From Tubiluchus corallicola (taxonomy: Eukaryota; Animalia; Priapulida), in NCBI GenBank assembly GCA_030141605.1, contig JAQGDQ010000006.1:806001-870000 (forward strand): DNA of 64,000 bases, read 5' to 3'. Made by a program: the position numbers and the translations under genes. Under the pieces are notes generated by a model, which worked only from the letters and a program-made list of their open reading frames with translations, was not told where the DNA came from and did no database searches. Positions 50,101-61,100 of this stretch are shown here, piece by piece (the stretch's first letter is position 1; each line of letters begins with the position of its first letter).

Positions 50101-51505
50101 TAAGACATCAAGAATACCTAAAAGTAATAAATTAGAGAAATTTTGAAGATGAGAGAGCAGCTGGTGCAACTGCTTTTACTTCGGTCCCCACTAGAAAAAA
50201 GTTCATACACACAAAATGACTGGGTAACAAATGCATGCGGTCAATGTAGTGTGATAATGCGTACAGACATTTCCCTTGTGCTTGTTTACTGTAACTGAAT
50301 GTTCAAATTAAGTAGTTGCTGCGGCACACAATAAAATTGCAATTTTCATAAATTATTCAGACTTAACACTGTTGGAGATAATAATTGCTAGCAAAATACT
50401 TTAGTGTATTTAATACAGCCTCAGGCAAGAAAGCATGTGTGATAACAACTCATGATTAAATAACATGGCATAAAAAAACTTAGCACTTATTTTTGTACAA
50501 GTGAATGACTCAGAAATATTTCTGAATTTTGCTTTTATTCATTACATATTTATTTTTTAATGTCATGAATCAATTAAAAATTGTTTTATATCACTTTTTT
50601 TGTTTTTATTTATTTTTCTCTACCAAATGGATATTAGAAATTGTAATTAGTAATTTTTATATGTTATAAGTTCTTACAATGGTAGTGTAAGCCATCCAGT
50701 GCCAGAGTAGCATAATTTTAATATCTCTTAGTTCAGCAAATTTACGTGCTATTGCTAAACATGTTAGACACTGAGAAATGCTACTGCAGAAGTGTCGGAT
50801 GTTTAAGGTGAAAATTTTAGTTCCGGTGTCGGGATTTTAAGACAAAAGTTTAGTTGCGCAGCCGGATTTCTGCACTGTTTATTATTATAACTTTTAAGTT
50901 TAGCGCATTTCTTCCAAGCGCTTTGTCTGATTCAAGAAGTATAGCTATTAATATTTATATGTTCATCGATGGTAATTCCAAGCACTTTCATGTTATTAAC
51001 ATCAAAACGTAATTTTGGCAAGTTAGAATTTTGACAACTGAGCTAATTCATAGCAGTCGTTAGCAGTATTTACCTGGTGCTGGAGATGGAGGCAGATTTT
51101 GAACTGTAAATTAAACAAAATAGAACCTATTGTTTTTGAAAATGATCAAAATTCCAACTTGCCAAAATTATGTTTTCTTAAGAAAGAGATCAATTACGTT
51201 AATAACACGAAACTTCTAGTTCTACACTGACGTAAAAAATTAACTCATTCACATTTTATAAAGTAATAAACTAATAAATTTTAGTCGGCACCACAAACTA
51301 GTAAGAACCTAACAGCAATTAAACAAATTATATTAAACCTGACTAATAATAATACATATTTGTTCCATTTGATAATATTATAGACTACTACTAGTACTAA
51401 ACTTCATAAATTAGACTCACCACTGACACCAGCAACGCTAATCCGAATGTTTAAGAAAATTAATATCATTCCCAATGAGCACAAAAAATTACTACAAGAG
51501 AACAT
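32184..51505 (-). CDS. ADAM17: ADAM17/TACE-like metalloprotease, tandem copy B (more canonical), 16 coding exons, ~770 aa
   Basis: Exons (minus strand): 51421-51505, 49991-50117, 49103-49236, 48249-48340, 48003-48106, 42868-43117, 42323-42508, 41304-41439, 40869-40976, 39598-39789, 39199-39331, 37513-37763, 36210-36340, 33679-33757, 33064-33206, 32184-32345. All are GT-AG and in frame (2313 nt). Motifs: signal peptide, FCGY Cys-switch, [71 protein letters not shown] (CANDIS) and [20 protein letters not shown]. Confidence 0.94.
32806..32907. repeat. 50-bp exact tandem duplication
   Basis: caggcccttgcactacttaacctttgtagctaacacacactgaccaatta occurs twice in tandem. Confidence 0.95.
36608..36935 (-). 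mobile_element. hAT-like MITE family X, partial copy (intron 12 of ADAM17-B)
   Basis: Aligns by eye to the reverse complement of 38560-38893 (e.g. ctgcggaactgcggcacccctattttcatgcgatattatcgat). Confidence 0.7.
38444..38893 (+). mobile_element. hAT-like MITE family X, full copy (intron 11 of ADAM17-B)
   Basis: Ends CAGTGGCGGCTC and GAGCCACTGCTG. The flanks share (a/t)tctaaag as an imperfect TSD. It is homologous to 36608-36935 and 43301-43825 in the opposite orientation. Confidence 0.7.
43158..43190. repeat. Imperfect (GT)n/(CA)n microsatellite just upstream of the ADAM17-B exon 6 acceptor
   Basis: tgtgtgtgtgtgtgtgcatgtgtgcgtgcgtgt. Confidence 0.85.
43301..43825 (-). mobile_element. hAT-like MITE family X, full copy (intron 5 of ADAM17-B)
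   Basis: Starts aagtggcggttcgt..cctattttcactcaatattatcga and ends ..gattttagctacgagccaccattg, i.e. inverted relative to 38444-38893. Flanks ggtgcgaa/agtgcaaa. Confidence 0.7.
44304..47314 (+). mobile_element. Full-length P-superfamily DNA transposon (3011 bp)
   Basis: 62-bp TIRs at 44304-44365 and 47253-47314 (CAAGGACTACTATACAACAGGAC..., 3 mismatches) with CA..TG ends. Perfect 8-bp TSD GTACATAC at 44296-44303 and 47315-47322. Encodes a THAP-domain transposase and is inserted antisense in ADAM17-B intron 5. Confidence 0.96.
44408..46929 (+). pseudogene. THAP-domain P-element/THAP9-like transposase, apparently intronless, split by one frameshift at ~45785
   Basis: ATG at 44408. THAP zinc finger CxxxxC..FRLP..W..ICEKHW..P; RNase-H motifs [10 protein letters not shown] (from DE), [19 protein letters not shown] (DxxH) and, in the second frame (45763-46929), [11 protein letters not shown] and YVAGW. 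The two ORFs overlap with a -1 shift. Confidence 0.9.
47387..47414. repeat. (TA)n microsatellite
   Basis: A TA run about 70 bp from the right end of the P element. Confidence 0.9.
50986..51212. mobile_element. Fold-back/MITE-like inverted repeat in ADAM17-B intron 1
   Basis: aaaacgtaattttggcaagttagaattttga (51004-51034) pairs with 51146-51176 (29/31). An outer pair is tttcatgttattaac / gttaataacacgaaa. Confidence 0.65.
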
Positions 51506-51559
51506 TTTAACTCGCACAAATATCACAAAAAATAAGCTAGGTACAAAACCGCAATTTTT

Positions 51560-51720
51560 ACAAATATTCAGGGAACAGAAACACACGGCATTTCACATAC
51601 AAACTTTTTCCCAGTAACGCCATATTGCTCTACTAGTTACCGTTATGCACATTTCAAAAAATTTACGCATCTGATAAAAATGAGGCTCTTTTCACGACTT
51701 CACCAAAATTCAACGTGACT
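51560..51720. promoter_or_regulatory. Probable ADAM17-B promoter, possibly bidirectional toward SPAG1
   Basis: Several CpGs upstream of the ATG (51505) and a YY1-like CGCCATATT at 51618-51626. Confidence 0.35.
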
Positions 51721-52559
51721 TTCTCAATATCTCATTATACAGTAGTACAGTATTACTGAACCAAGATTCATTTTAATGTTTTCACTACCTTGATGCTTTA
51801 AATGCCTCAAGCCGCAATGGTTTCTAAAATCAAGCAACAATTTGTGAAAGCATCCTTTCTTACGTGTGTTATGCCATCCTCCTTGCGCACCTGTTCATGT
51901 CATCAGTGCAAATATATCGAAATTTCATGCAGTGTACTTTCCTACCCTTATTCTTTAACCACAAACCATCAAGATATGGAGCAGGTTTTGAGCCAGAACA
52001 ATAAATGTTAGTTCAATTGAGACACTTCTGCCAAGTAACACTTAACTGATGCCATCAGTGTCATGAAGTTGCCTGCTAATATGGAAAGATCGCAAAATTT
52101 ATAAATATTTCAATTGCACTATGTATAATAACCACACTTAGCAACACGTTCTTGTATAATATTGAGTGGACATTGTTGGTTGATGCACAGGGTACGTTAA
52201 GCTCATAGACCTTTGCACTTCAGCTGTTTTGAGCTTTTGGAATTAGCAATTGAAGATGCAGTGCTAAAAAATCTAGATATTATTTTTAAATAGCCCTAAT
52301 AGTCATCGAAAATAAAATACAGAGGTTTGACCTATACATAAACTCATCTGGGTGGTGAACAGTTCAAAGCTCACACAGACCATCAATTATTGCAAGTGTA
52401 CTAGCATTCGATAAAATGTAGCCAAAGCGGGTTCGAAGACATTAATTTTAAAGATTGAGCTTCCAGTAGCCGCAGCGGGAGTTGTCACAATCATTAACAA
52501 TTCTATTTCTATACAAAATGAGTGTCAAGTGCTGTTGTCTTGTTGTTTTAGCAACTGAA

Positions 52560-53520
52560 AATACTTTTGTGGTACCTCAGATTCTACAACTCCTAGCCTC
52601 TCATCATGTGTACAACAATAAGTCTTCATTCTTGGATTTGTTGATGCAGTGAAGAAAATGACATAAAATGACATAATAATTATTATGTCTACAGTAGATC
52701 TCGCTTCTCTTCCTCATAAATGCTATGGATTGGATATAAATTTTGATGTGCTTTAGCCCTAGGACTGATTGTGGCCTTTGCTGTATTGCCTCATGCCGCG
52801 ATGATGTGTGAGATGTGGGCACCACACAACTGATGCATATTTCAGATGTAATTTAACTAAAGATGTAATTATAAAAATATAGTAACTTAAGAAATTTAAA
52901 AGTTTTTGTTTTTAGTTTTTACCTTTTTGAAAACATGTTTGCCAAAAGAAAGATTGTTATCAACATACATTCCAAGTTCTTTTTTGTATGTACAGGTTTG
53001 ATTTCAAGTATGCTATTTCAATCTGGTATGTATTGTAGCTGGACTTCTCATTCTTATGGTTGTTTATATACAAAACATGACAATTTTATGGGGTGAACAT
53101 AATGTGGACAGCAATTGAAAAGATGGAAAATATCATTTTGAAGGATGTTGTGATCTTGGCAAAGTTCTGTAAAATCACTGTCATCTGTAAAGAGATGGAT
53201 TAGACAACAGCAGATTTCAAAAATGTTGTTAATGCAAAGGAACCACAATTATAATCAGAGCATTGATCACTGCATAACTCTAGTGTTTACATGCCTTAAA
53301 CAGAGCTTAATTAAACAGAGCATATTATGCTTCAGATTAAGAAACGTCCTTCCCATCTTAGTAGATTACCTTAACGTTCCTTAGTTTAGCCATAAGCCAG
53401 TTGCGTGGAATTCGTCAAATGCTTTGCATATATCTGTTATTACATCTACTACTAGGTTGTTATCCATAGATATATTGACCATTCGGTTATCGTGTCTAGT
53501 AAATTTGCTACATGGTTTTG
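52560..53520 (-). mobile_element. Decayed CR1-like LINE RT fragment
   Basis: Minus-strand VDVITDICKAFD (~53450-53415), LFTDD..DHNILQND (ORF 53054-53248) and a downstream RR-RxDL-like remnant (~52700). Many stops and deletions. Confidence 0.7.
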
Positions 53521-53629
53521 TTTACTACTAGAATCGGGGCTTCTGCATTTAATATGCAGCTTGATATTGTTACTGCTGCTTTGGTTAACACAAAATGACT
53601 TCAATTGCCAATATGAGAGTTCGTTTGAA

Positions 53630-53710
53630 TTGACTGATTGGCTAACTGCCTAACTAACTGCCTAACTGATCTGCCTGACTGACAGGCCTGATTGACTGAC
53701 CAACTGATTG
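53630..53710. repeat. Degenerate (ACTG/ACTA)n tetranucleotide repeat
   Basis: tgactgattggctaactgcctaactaactgcctaactgatctgcctgactgac.. Confidence 0.7.
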
Positions 53711-54559
53711 TGATTTTATGATATTTCTAACATATTAAGTTCATGACATAAAAATAATATGAATTACAAATAACAGTATACAATAAATACAAAAAATTAA
53801 TGACAATAATAAATAAATAAAATAACTAAACACACTCATTCAAATAAATAAAAATCTCTAACGTAATGAAATCACGTGCTATAAGAAAAGCTATACACAT
53901 AAGTGTATAAAATAAGTAACTGAACCAAAGCGAAATCTTTGTACGTGCTGCATACGTCTAATTTCGGAAGTAAATCTTGTATCATTTTCAGCAATATTTT
54001 TACAAAATTTAATACAAATACAATAATGTCATTATTTCCCAAAAATACTAAGAAGCTGCTGCAGTGCTGTGAGGGTAGCTGACTCGATGACCAATTGGTC
54101 TTTCGCTACCCTTTCTCCTGCACCCCCTTAGCTCTTTCCTTTATGCTTAATTTATCCTTTTTAATCAATAACTAAAAAATAATAATAGTTAATTTGTATA
54201 CAGGTGTAAATGAGAAGATAAATAAAAATGTCTATGTCTATGTCCGCAGTTCCGCGGTTTGCGCACCTCTGGTGTACACCAAGTGTCCTACTTCGGCTTG
54301 TGTCCTACTCCGCTCCCAACATTGATTCGACTTGTTCGGTTCGGTGTTTAAGGTACGATGGTTCATTAAATTATTTGAATAAGACCTAAATTAGAAGGCC
54401 ATAATTCGTTTGAGGATAGTGGTTTTTCTAGAATAACATCTACCTGGTTTTAGGTTAATGAAACCAGTGTGCCGTTTAATAAGACCACGTTTCTGAGTAA
54501 TAGGCAACGTAAGTAAGGCAATTTCTACATTGTAAGATGTTCTGTCATAAATAAAATTA

Positions 54560-55945
54560 GTGTAACCTGATGGAGCAATTCTATTAGGTCACTTTTCGGG
54601 TGATGATGCCATGGTATCTATTTTGGAAAATAAATTAGGTCAATGCTCCTTGCTTCACCTAATGCAATGTACCTAGTTCGACATTGTTTCTCTACACCGA
54701 AACTACTCTGTATCTTTTGATCTTCGCCTGTTTTCGAGTCTACAGTACTTGTCTGATTCTGTTCTTCGTGTAACTGTCAGATAACACTAAACATACATTG
54801 TCTGATTCAGTCTGATTACCAGTACAAGCTTCCAAAGGAGAACTTGGTATAAGAAGTGCCACCCAGCCTGTCTGGCATCAGCTACTGATTTCGCTTCTTT
54901 AATAGAAGAGATATTTTAGATTTACATTTAGATTTAAAAAGTTGTTCTGGACGGAGAGGCTGATTCATCTGTTCCCACTTTGCCTGATGCAATTTGCCAA
55001 AAAGTTTCAGACAAAGCATCTTTTGAAAGTTTATTTGCCATAACTTATGAAGTAAATAATGTGTGGCTTTTACAATATCTTGTCATGCTAACATATAGCC
55101 TGAGTTTATACCTATTCCTTCATTTAGATGCATTAGATGATAATCGATTTTGTTTTGCTGCAACGCTTCGTTTAGGTACATATATATTAGTTATCCGTTG
55201 TCAGTGCAAATGAGGCATTTTGGCAGACAGTTTGGGAGTTCATGGTCTAAGCTGTTTAAAAAAAACCACTTTTCATTTTTCAAGGCATCAAGCTACCAAT
55301 GATTTGATTTGGCGTGCTTTAACATCTGCTCATATTTCTTCAGTTTTAGAACCCACAGGTTTGTCCTGGTTTGCCCACAGGTTTCCCCTATTTTTATGCA
55401 CTTATTTTATTGCCGGTGAAAACTAGCACATGTGCTAATGCTTGTCGTATAAAAACTGACTTTAAATAAAGGTTGTATGTATGTAGGTCACATGGCTTGT
55501 ATGTATATAGGTCAAAAGGCCCGATGAAATGACTTTAATTCCTTGGACCGAGGGTCATTCTTTGGGATATCCCTCATGTGGATATATTAATTTAGCACCT
55601 TCAAATTTAGCTTGTTCAGGTGGTTCTGTAGGTTATGCAGCTCAATTAGTTGAAAATAAAAAACACACTGAATGCAATCATGTTTTGCCAACATTCCATT
55701 TTGTGATGATTTCCGTTGAAACCTTTGGCACTCTTGGTAGCAAAGTGAAGAAATGTCACTCTAGGTAGTGAAGAAGAAATTCCTTAGCACATTTGGTAAA
55801 AGTATCCAACGTGCGATTAGATCAACAAGTTTTTTGTTCCAATGTTTATGCATTGCTGTGCAAAGAGGTAATGCAATAACTGTTAAGGGAACAATCCGTC
55901 CTCCTGAAAAACTTGAGGAGATTATAAATCTTCTACAATAACAAT
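54560..55945 (+). mobile_element. Decayed CRE-clade non-LTR retrotransposon 3' part (CCHC finger and restriction-like endonuclease)
   Basis: LGIRSA remnant (~54845), CQCK..DSLGVHGLSC, SRHQATNDLIWRAL..LEPTGL, KRPD, LIPWTEG, AAQLVENKK, SVETFG and IAVQRGNA. It ends in ACAATA repeats and has several stops and frameshifts. Confidence 0.8.
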
Positions 55946-58120
55946 AGTGTTTTTTTGGAAGGGAACTGCTTTTGCATTTGCATTTTTGTAATTTATTAAG
56001 GGCAGTCATTTTATTTTTGCCTTTGAAACTTTCTGCAGTTTTTATAGTCGTAATTTGTATTGCTGATAAAATCTTTAAATTGTGAATTGCACTAATGCTG
56101 AAGTAGATACATGTCATAAATTTCACTTTTTTATGGATTTTAGTTTGATGAGTTTATGTAACTCGTTGTCACTATGAATGTGTGATGATTGTTTTGCTTC
56201 TATATCAGGCACGGTTTAAAATCCTTGTTATAATATAATACGTTTATTCACATACCGTTACAGGCTAAATTATATTGTAATTACTGTCATATAGTTTTAT
56301 ATAGACAAATGCTTTTACTATTCATGTTAACCCATTGTAATGTGATACTAAATAAATTAGTTAAATTACAAAAGTAATAGCAGTTTAACTGTTTTTTAAG
56401 ATACGAAGGTGAAATTTATGTCCCTTTCCTATATTCACCTCTTGTTAGTCAACGTCACTCTAAAAGTTAAAGTCGATTGGTTTATCGCTCTGTATGCCCT
56501 GTATTTTTACATGTTTTACCCTGTAAATGGTGTATTTTAAGAGATAAAAAATGTCTGTGTGTTAAAGTAAGTTTTAGTCTTTTAATAAACTTGAATCACT
56601 GTTGTATGTTTGGATACCAGTGGGCTGACTGCCCCATGTTTGTGTGAGTCTGTAAGCACAGTTTTTGTGTACGTAGTGCATTAAGGTGCATTCAGGCAAA
56701 CGGGTTAAACTTTGCTTTAAATAAAAATCAAAATAAGTTTGACTAAATGCATAGGTTTCACGCTTGTCTTATTTACAAAAATGATTGCTAAAACTAACTG
56801 TATATAGATAAAATTGACAGCCAATACATGTTCTTACAAAATGGATGTCAAAAGCAAAAGTGGTGCATATAGTTAACATTTGTGAACATGTTGCACATAT
56901 GTGCGTAGCAGTTACGTACTGTACTTCACAAAAATACGCATGCTTGCAACAGGCCCCCGCATAATAAAACCGCCATGTATTAAGATCACATTGCTGGTCC
57001 CATGGTGGTTTTATTTCGTGGCGACTGCTGTAACACTATTAAAGTAGTAATAGGCTTATTATACGTTGTGGACCTAATAACTGAGTAATTTGCCCAAAAT
57101 TACTGTATCACAGTTTACAATACAAATTTAAATACAATAAAATTTAATTGTAATTTTAATGATAATATTTCTAATTGGTAAACCAACATCTTATTATGCC
57201 TACACAAGTGTAGGCCTAGCTGTCACCTATGAATTACCGAGCAGTTATTATTACATGTATTAATTACTTGTATTACTTGTCAAATTCAACTTTGTTACAT
57301 ATTTATCAACATGTTTAGGAAAAAATGTTAATGGCATGTTAGCACAATGGTGCTTCGGCCTTACACACATTTATTTATTTGGTATAATTGGTCTACCATA
57401 TTCCTTTAAGAATAAAAGTACTATCACTGTAGGATGTATCAGTAAATTGTTTTGCTATTTTCCCTTGTAATTATTGTAATATTTATTAGAGCTTTCTTTC
57501 TTTCATATACATGTGATAATTTTTATTGTGGTTTATATACCATCATAAAAGTACCATTTTTTAATCTTATGTCTTGCGTTCTACCATCTTATTATCCCTT
57601 CGGCCACTGGGCTGCACCACGCTGTTGTGGCGTTTTTGAGTTAACTATCCATTCTTGGTTAAGCGTACCACAAATATACAGAAATTTCTGCTTTTAATTA
57701 CTACCGTAGGTGCTGTTTAATAGACTTACTTGGGTCTGAAGTGTATTGACCCAATTAAGCAAATGAATATATTAGCTGATTGATGTAGTGATACTAATGT
57801 AGGAGAACAAGCCATTGCCTTAGTAACTGGCATGCACAAGTACGTGAAGCAATGATATAGTGTCAGTTATGCAGAATTTTTTCAGTCAACTCTTATATTT
57901 ACCATGAATCTAATAAATGATTCCTATTGTATTACAATCTAGTGATAGCACAAATGCAGGCTAAATGGTAATGTTCTAAGCATCTTTAAATAGTTTATGC
58001 TCTTTTTTTAAATTTGTAGAAAGGAAAATTCACTTTCAAGTCAATTTGGTGCTTGATTCAATAGTCTTGGACTAATATTTGCAATGAATAGTGTGCTTTT
58101 CTAACACTAGGTCATTCAGA

Positions 58121-61100
58121 ATGGGAGATGATCAAGTGCCATATCACTCAAGTGATAAAGGACTTAGAGAAAGACTTGGTATCCCACTTGAAAGTCTGGA
58201 TTATAAACATATTGAAAAGTGCACAAATATCAAAGAGGTTGAGAAAATTTTAAGGATTCTAAGGTAAACCCTATCTATAGACTGTAGTTTTTTCCTTAGC
58301 AGACATTCAGTTTAGTACAATACTGCAGATGAATTTTGCCTGGCAAGCAATCATATGAGCTTTTAATGATTTATATTTCGTTAACGATAGTATACCTTGT
58401 ATTGTTACATCTAATTGAACAATTTATCAGTTGCACTTTACACTTAAGCTATGCTAGAGCTTTGTCACTGTGCACTGAGTGATAATGTGACTGTGTGATA
58501 TTTATTTATATATCTTGTCTAGTTTTAAGTAATTGTTGTTTATTTTAATTCATGATTGAAAAGATAAGTTTCATTATCTAGGTCTGGTGAAGAAGGCATC
58601 TTTCCTGATCTAATAAAATTTTGTGAAACGAAGTTACATGCATTGGACCCAGAAAATCGTTATTTGAGAAAATCCCATCCAGTCAATGTTCCACACAGAA
58701 TGCCTCCTGATGAGTGGAAGGATATTGAAAATGATTTACTGGTGTGTGGTAGCAGTACTCTTTCAGTATGTAGTCTTTAGGAAGTTAAGATTAGAAGTTT
58801 TCATTATTTCTTCAAACAATTAATGTTAAATAATATGACTAATAAACTGCAAGGAATAGAATGATTTTTTCTTACATATTAAAAATACAAAAATCTGGGT
58901 TCATAAGTATCTGCTAAATGATATACATTATTGCAATTGAGTGATTCATTATATGTTCTGCTAGTACTAGTAAAAAATTGTAAATCCGTAGAAAACCAGT
59001 GTTCAAGGCCATTCACTTCTTTTAGAGATGGAAAAAGGTTTATTTACATTATCAATAAATTGATGTTATATATTACTTTAAACACATATAACCAAGCAGT
59101 TCGGAAAATGCTCAAAAACATGGTCATATGATCCACTCAAATTACTAGCAGTTTGTCCAGACCCCCCCCCCCCTTCTGACATGGAAGAATTAAAGCAAAA
59201 CTGGACCCAATCTTAAACTGTAGGTCAAAACAATCTATTATTTAAAATACTGAAAGGAAACATACTATTTTTTCAAAAGTGACTTCGTGAAAGAATTATT
59301 ACCGCACAAACTAGTTCTTCGCTGTTACATGCATTTCGCCATTTGTTAGTTAGACGGGCACTGGCACCTGCATTTCCGAAACGCATTGCACATAAAGCAG
59401 GTGCTGTTCCTCTCAGTTCATGTCTGTCAGTTTGTGACAAACTACACATGTTCGATATACGCGAACACAGCAATAAATTTGAAATTTGAATTTTTATCTT
59501 AAAACTTGCCTAGTTTTAGTACAACACACCGAATTTCTTACTGTAGCACTGTACTTCAGTTTTTGCTTTCATGAACACCTGCAACATGGAATATTTTTGC
59601 TCTTGAAAATTGTTATAGTTTGTGATGTCATCAATAATTGAGCTCGTACACCGTTAATTAAGTTTTTAATCTATAATTTAATTACCAGAAATGCTTTTGC
59701 TGTATTAATTGTGTTAAAGTGTATGCTTTTTATCGGATTTAAAAATGAGGTAGTATATGAAAAATTATCATGTTTTTAAGTATAACAGGCGTCCTGTTTG
59801 CCATGGATTATAGCTTTGCGAAATCATGAAGCCTGCGTACGTGCCAGCTACTGGTATTGTCTGGCAACATTACTCTCTATATAGCTGCAGTATATACAAT
59901 TGTCTGGCAACATTACTCTCTATATAGCTGCAGTATATACAATGTACAATATGCATGAAAATGCCATTGGATGTGGTGTTACAGCAGAGGCAGAATGATT
60001 ATTTTATACTATAATTAGCATCCCTGATCTACCTAGATGTCTGTTGCACTTTATTTATTGTTTTGTGACAGCCATTGGCTGTAACAAATACATTGACTGT
60101 TAGTAATAAGCTTAGTAATAAGCTTTTTGCATCAAAAATTCTGGATCCACCCCTGCTACTTGTGCCCACCAATCAGTTATTATGCTGCGATTTTTAAAGA
60201 GAAATCTGAAAAATTCATACTTGAATATTCTTTATTGTTAACCAGGGTAGACAGCATTCAAATTTTGCAACATTACATTCTAAAATTTGTTGACATGATT
60301 CAGCATTAGTTTGTTTTTTCTCACCCATGTTTAACCGTTAAACAAAACATAATATTTTACAGAATTGGACGGACAACATTAAAAACAAAGAGGAACATCT
60401 TGATACCTTTGTAAGTGATGACTTAAAGAATTTGCCGCCAGTCAGAAATATAGAAGAACCTCCTAGTCAATTTATAAATGCTGTAGCGTCGGAGCAGGTA
60501 ACTAAAATGAGTGAAAAGGAGAAGCCTTCCTTGCAGACACTTCCTAGATCTTACGAAAAGTGGGACAAGTAAGTGTGAGACTGAGAGATGTTTTTGAAAG
60601 TAACAAAATTGCTCTCGTGATAGTGATCTTATTTACACTTTAAAGTGAGGATAGGACGTGTTTTGATTCGTTTTAGGCTAATTGATGCCATTAATGAATT
60701 AGAAATTAGACACCATAACTGTTTTCAAAGTGTTATGTATTGAACTTAAAGTTACTGTTGCATTTCATTTTTTTTGAAGCAGTGATGCTTGCATTTCTGA
60801 AATACAGTAAGTCCTCGCATGCGTTCCAGCAAAGTGTGACATTACGCGAAACGTTAAGCGAAGCCAAGACTTTCTTAGAAAGTAATGTAAAAGAATTGAG
60901 ATAAATTCCAGAGGCAAAATTCAACACTTTGTCATTCATATAAATTAAATATTTTATGAGCTTTATTCATATTTATACTGATTAATTTCTTTCTTCTTGT
61001 CTTTCTTATCCATACCTAGCTAGTGTTAACATTGAAATCATAGCTATGCAGTTAGCGGTTGAACACTGCATAGTAAAAGCTGAGCCCTGAGGAGGCCTTC

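Noticed and set aside
50118-50190. Alternative upstream acceptor for ADAM17-B exon 2 (ttttttctag at ~50191)
   Set aside because: In the required phase it reaches a TAA before the homologous exon start.
51790-52270. Possible hAT transposase relic (LELAIEDAV)
   Set aside because: One short motif with no termini, which is insufficient to call.
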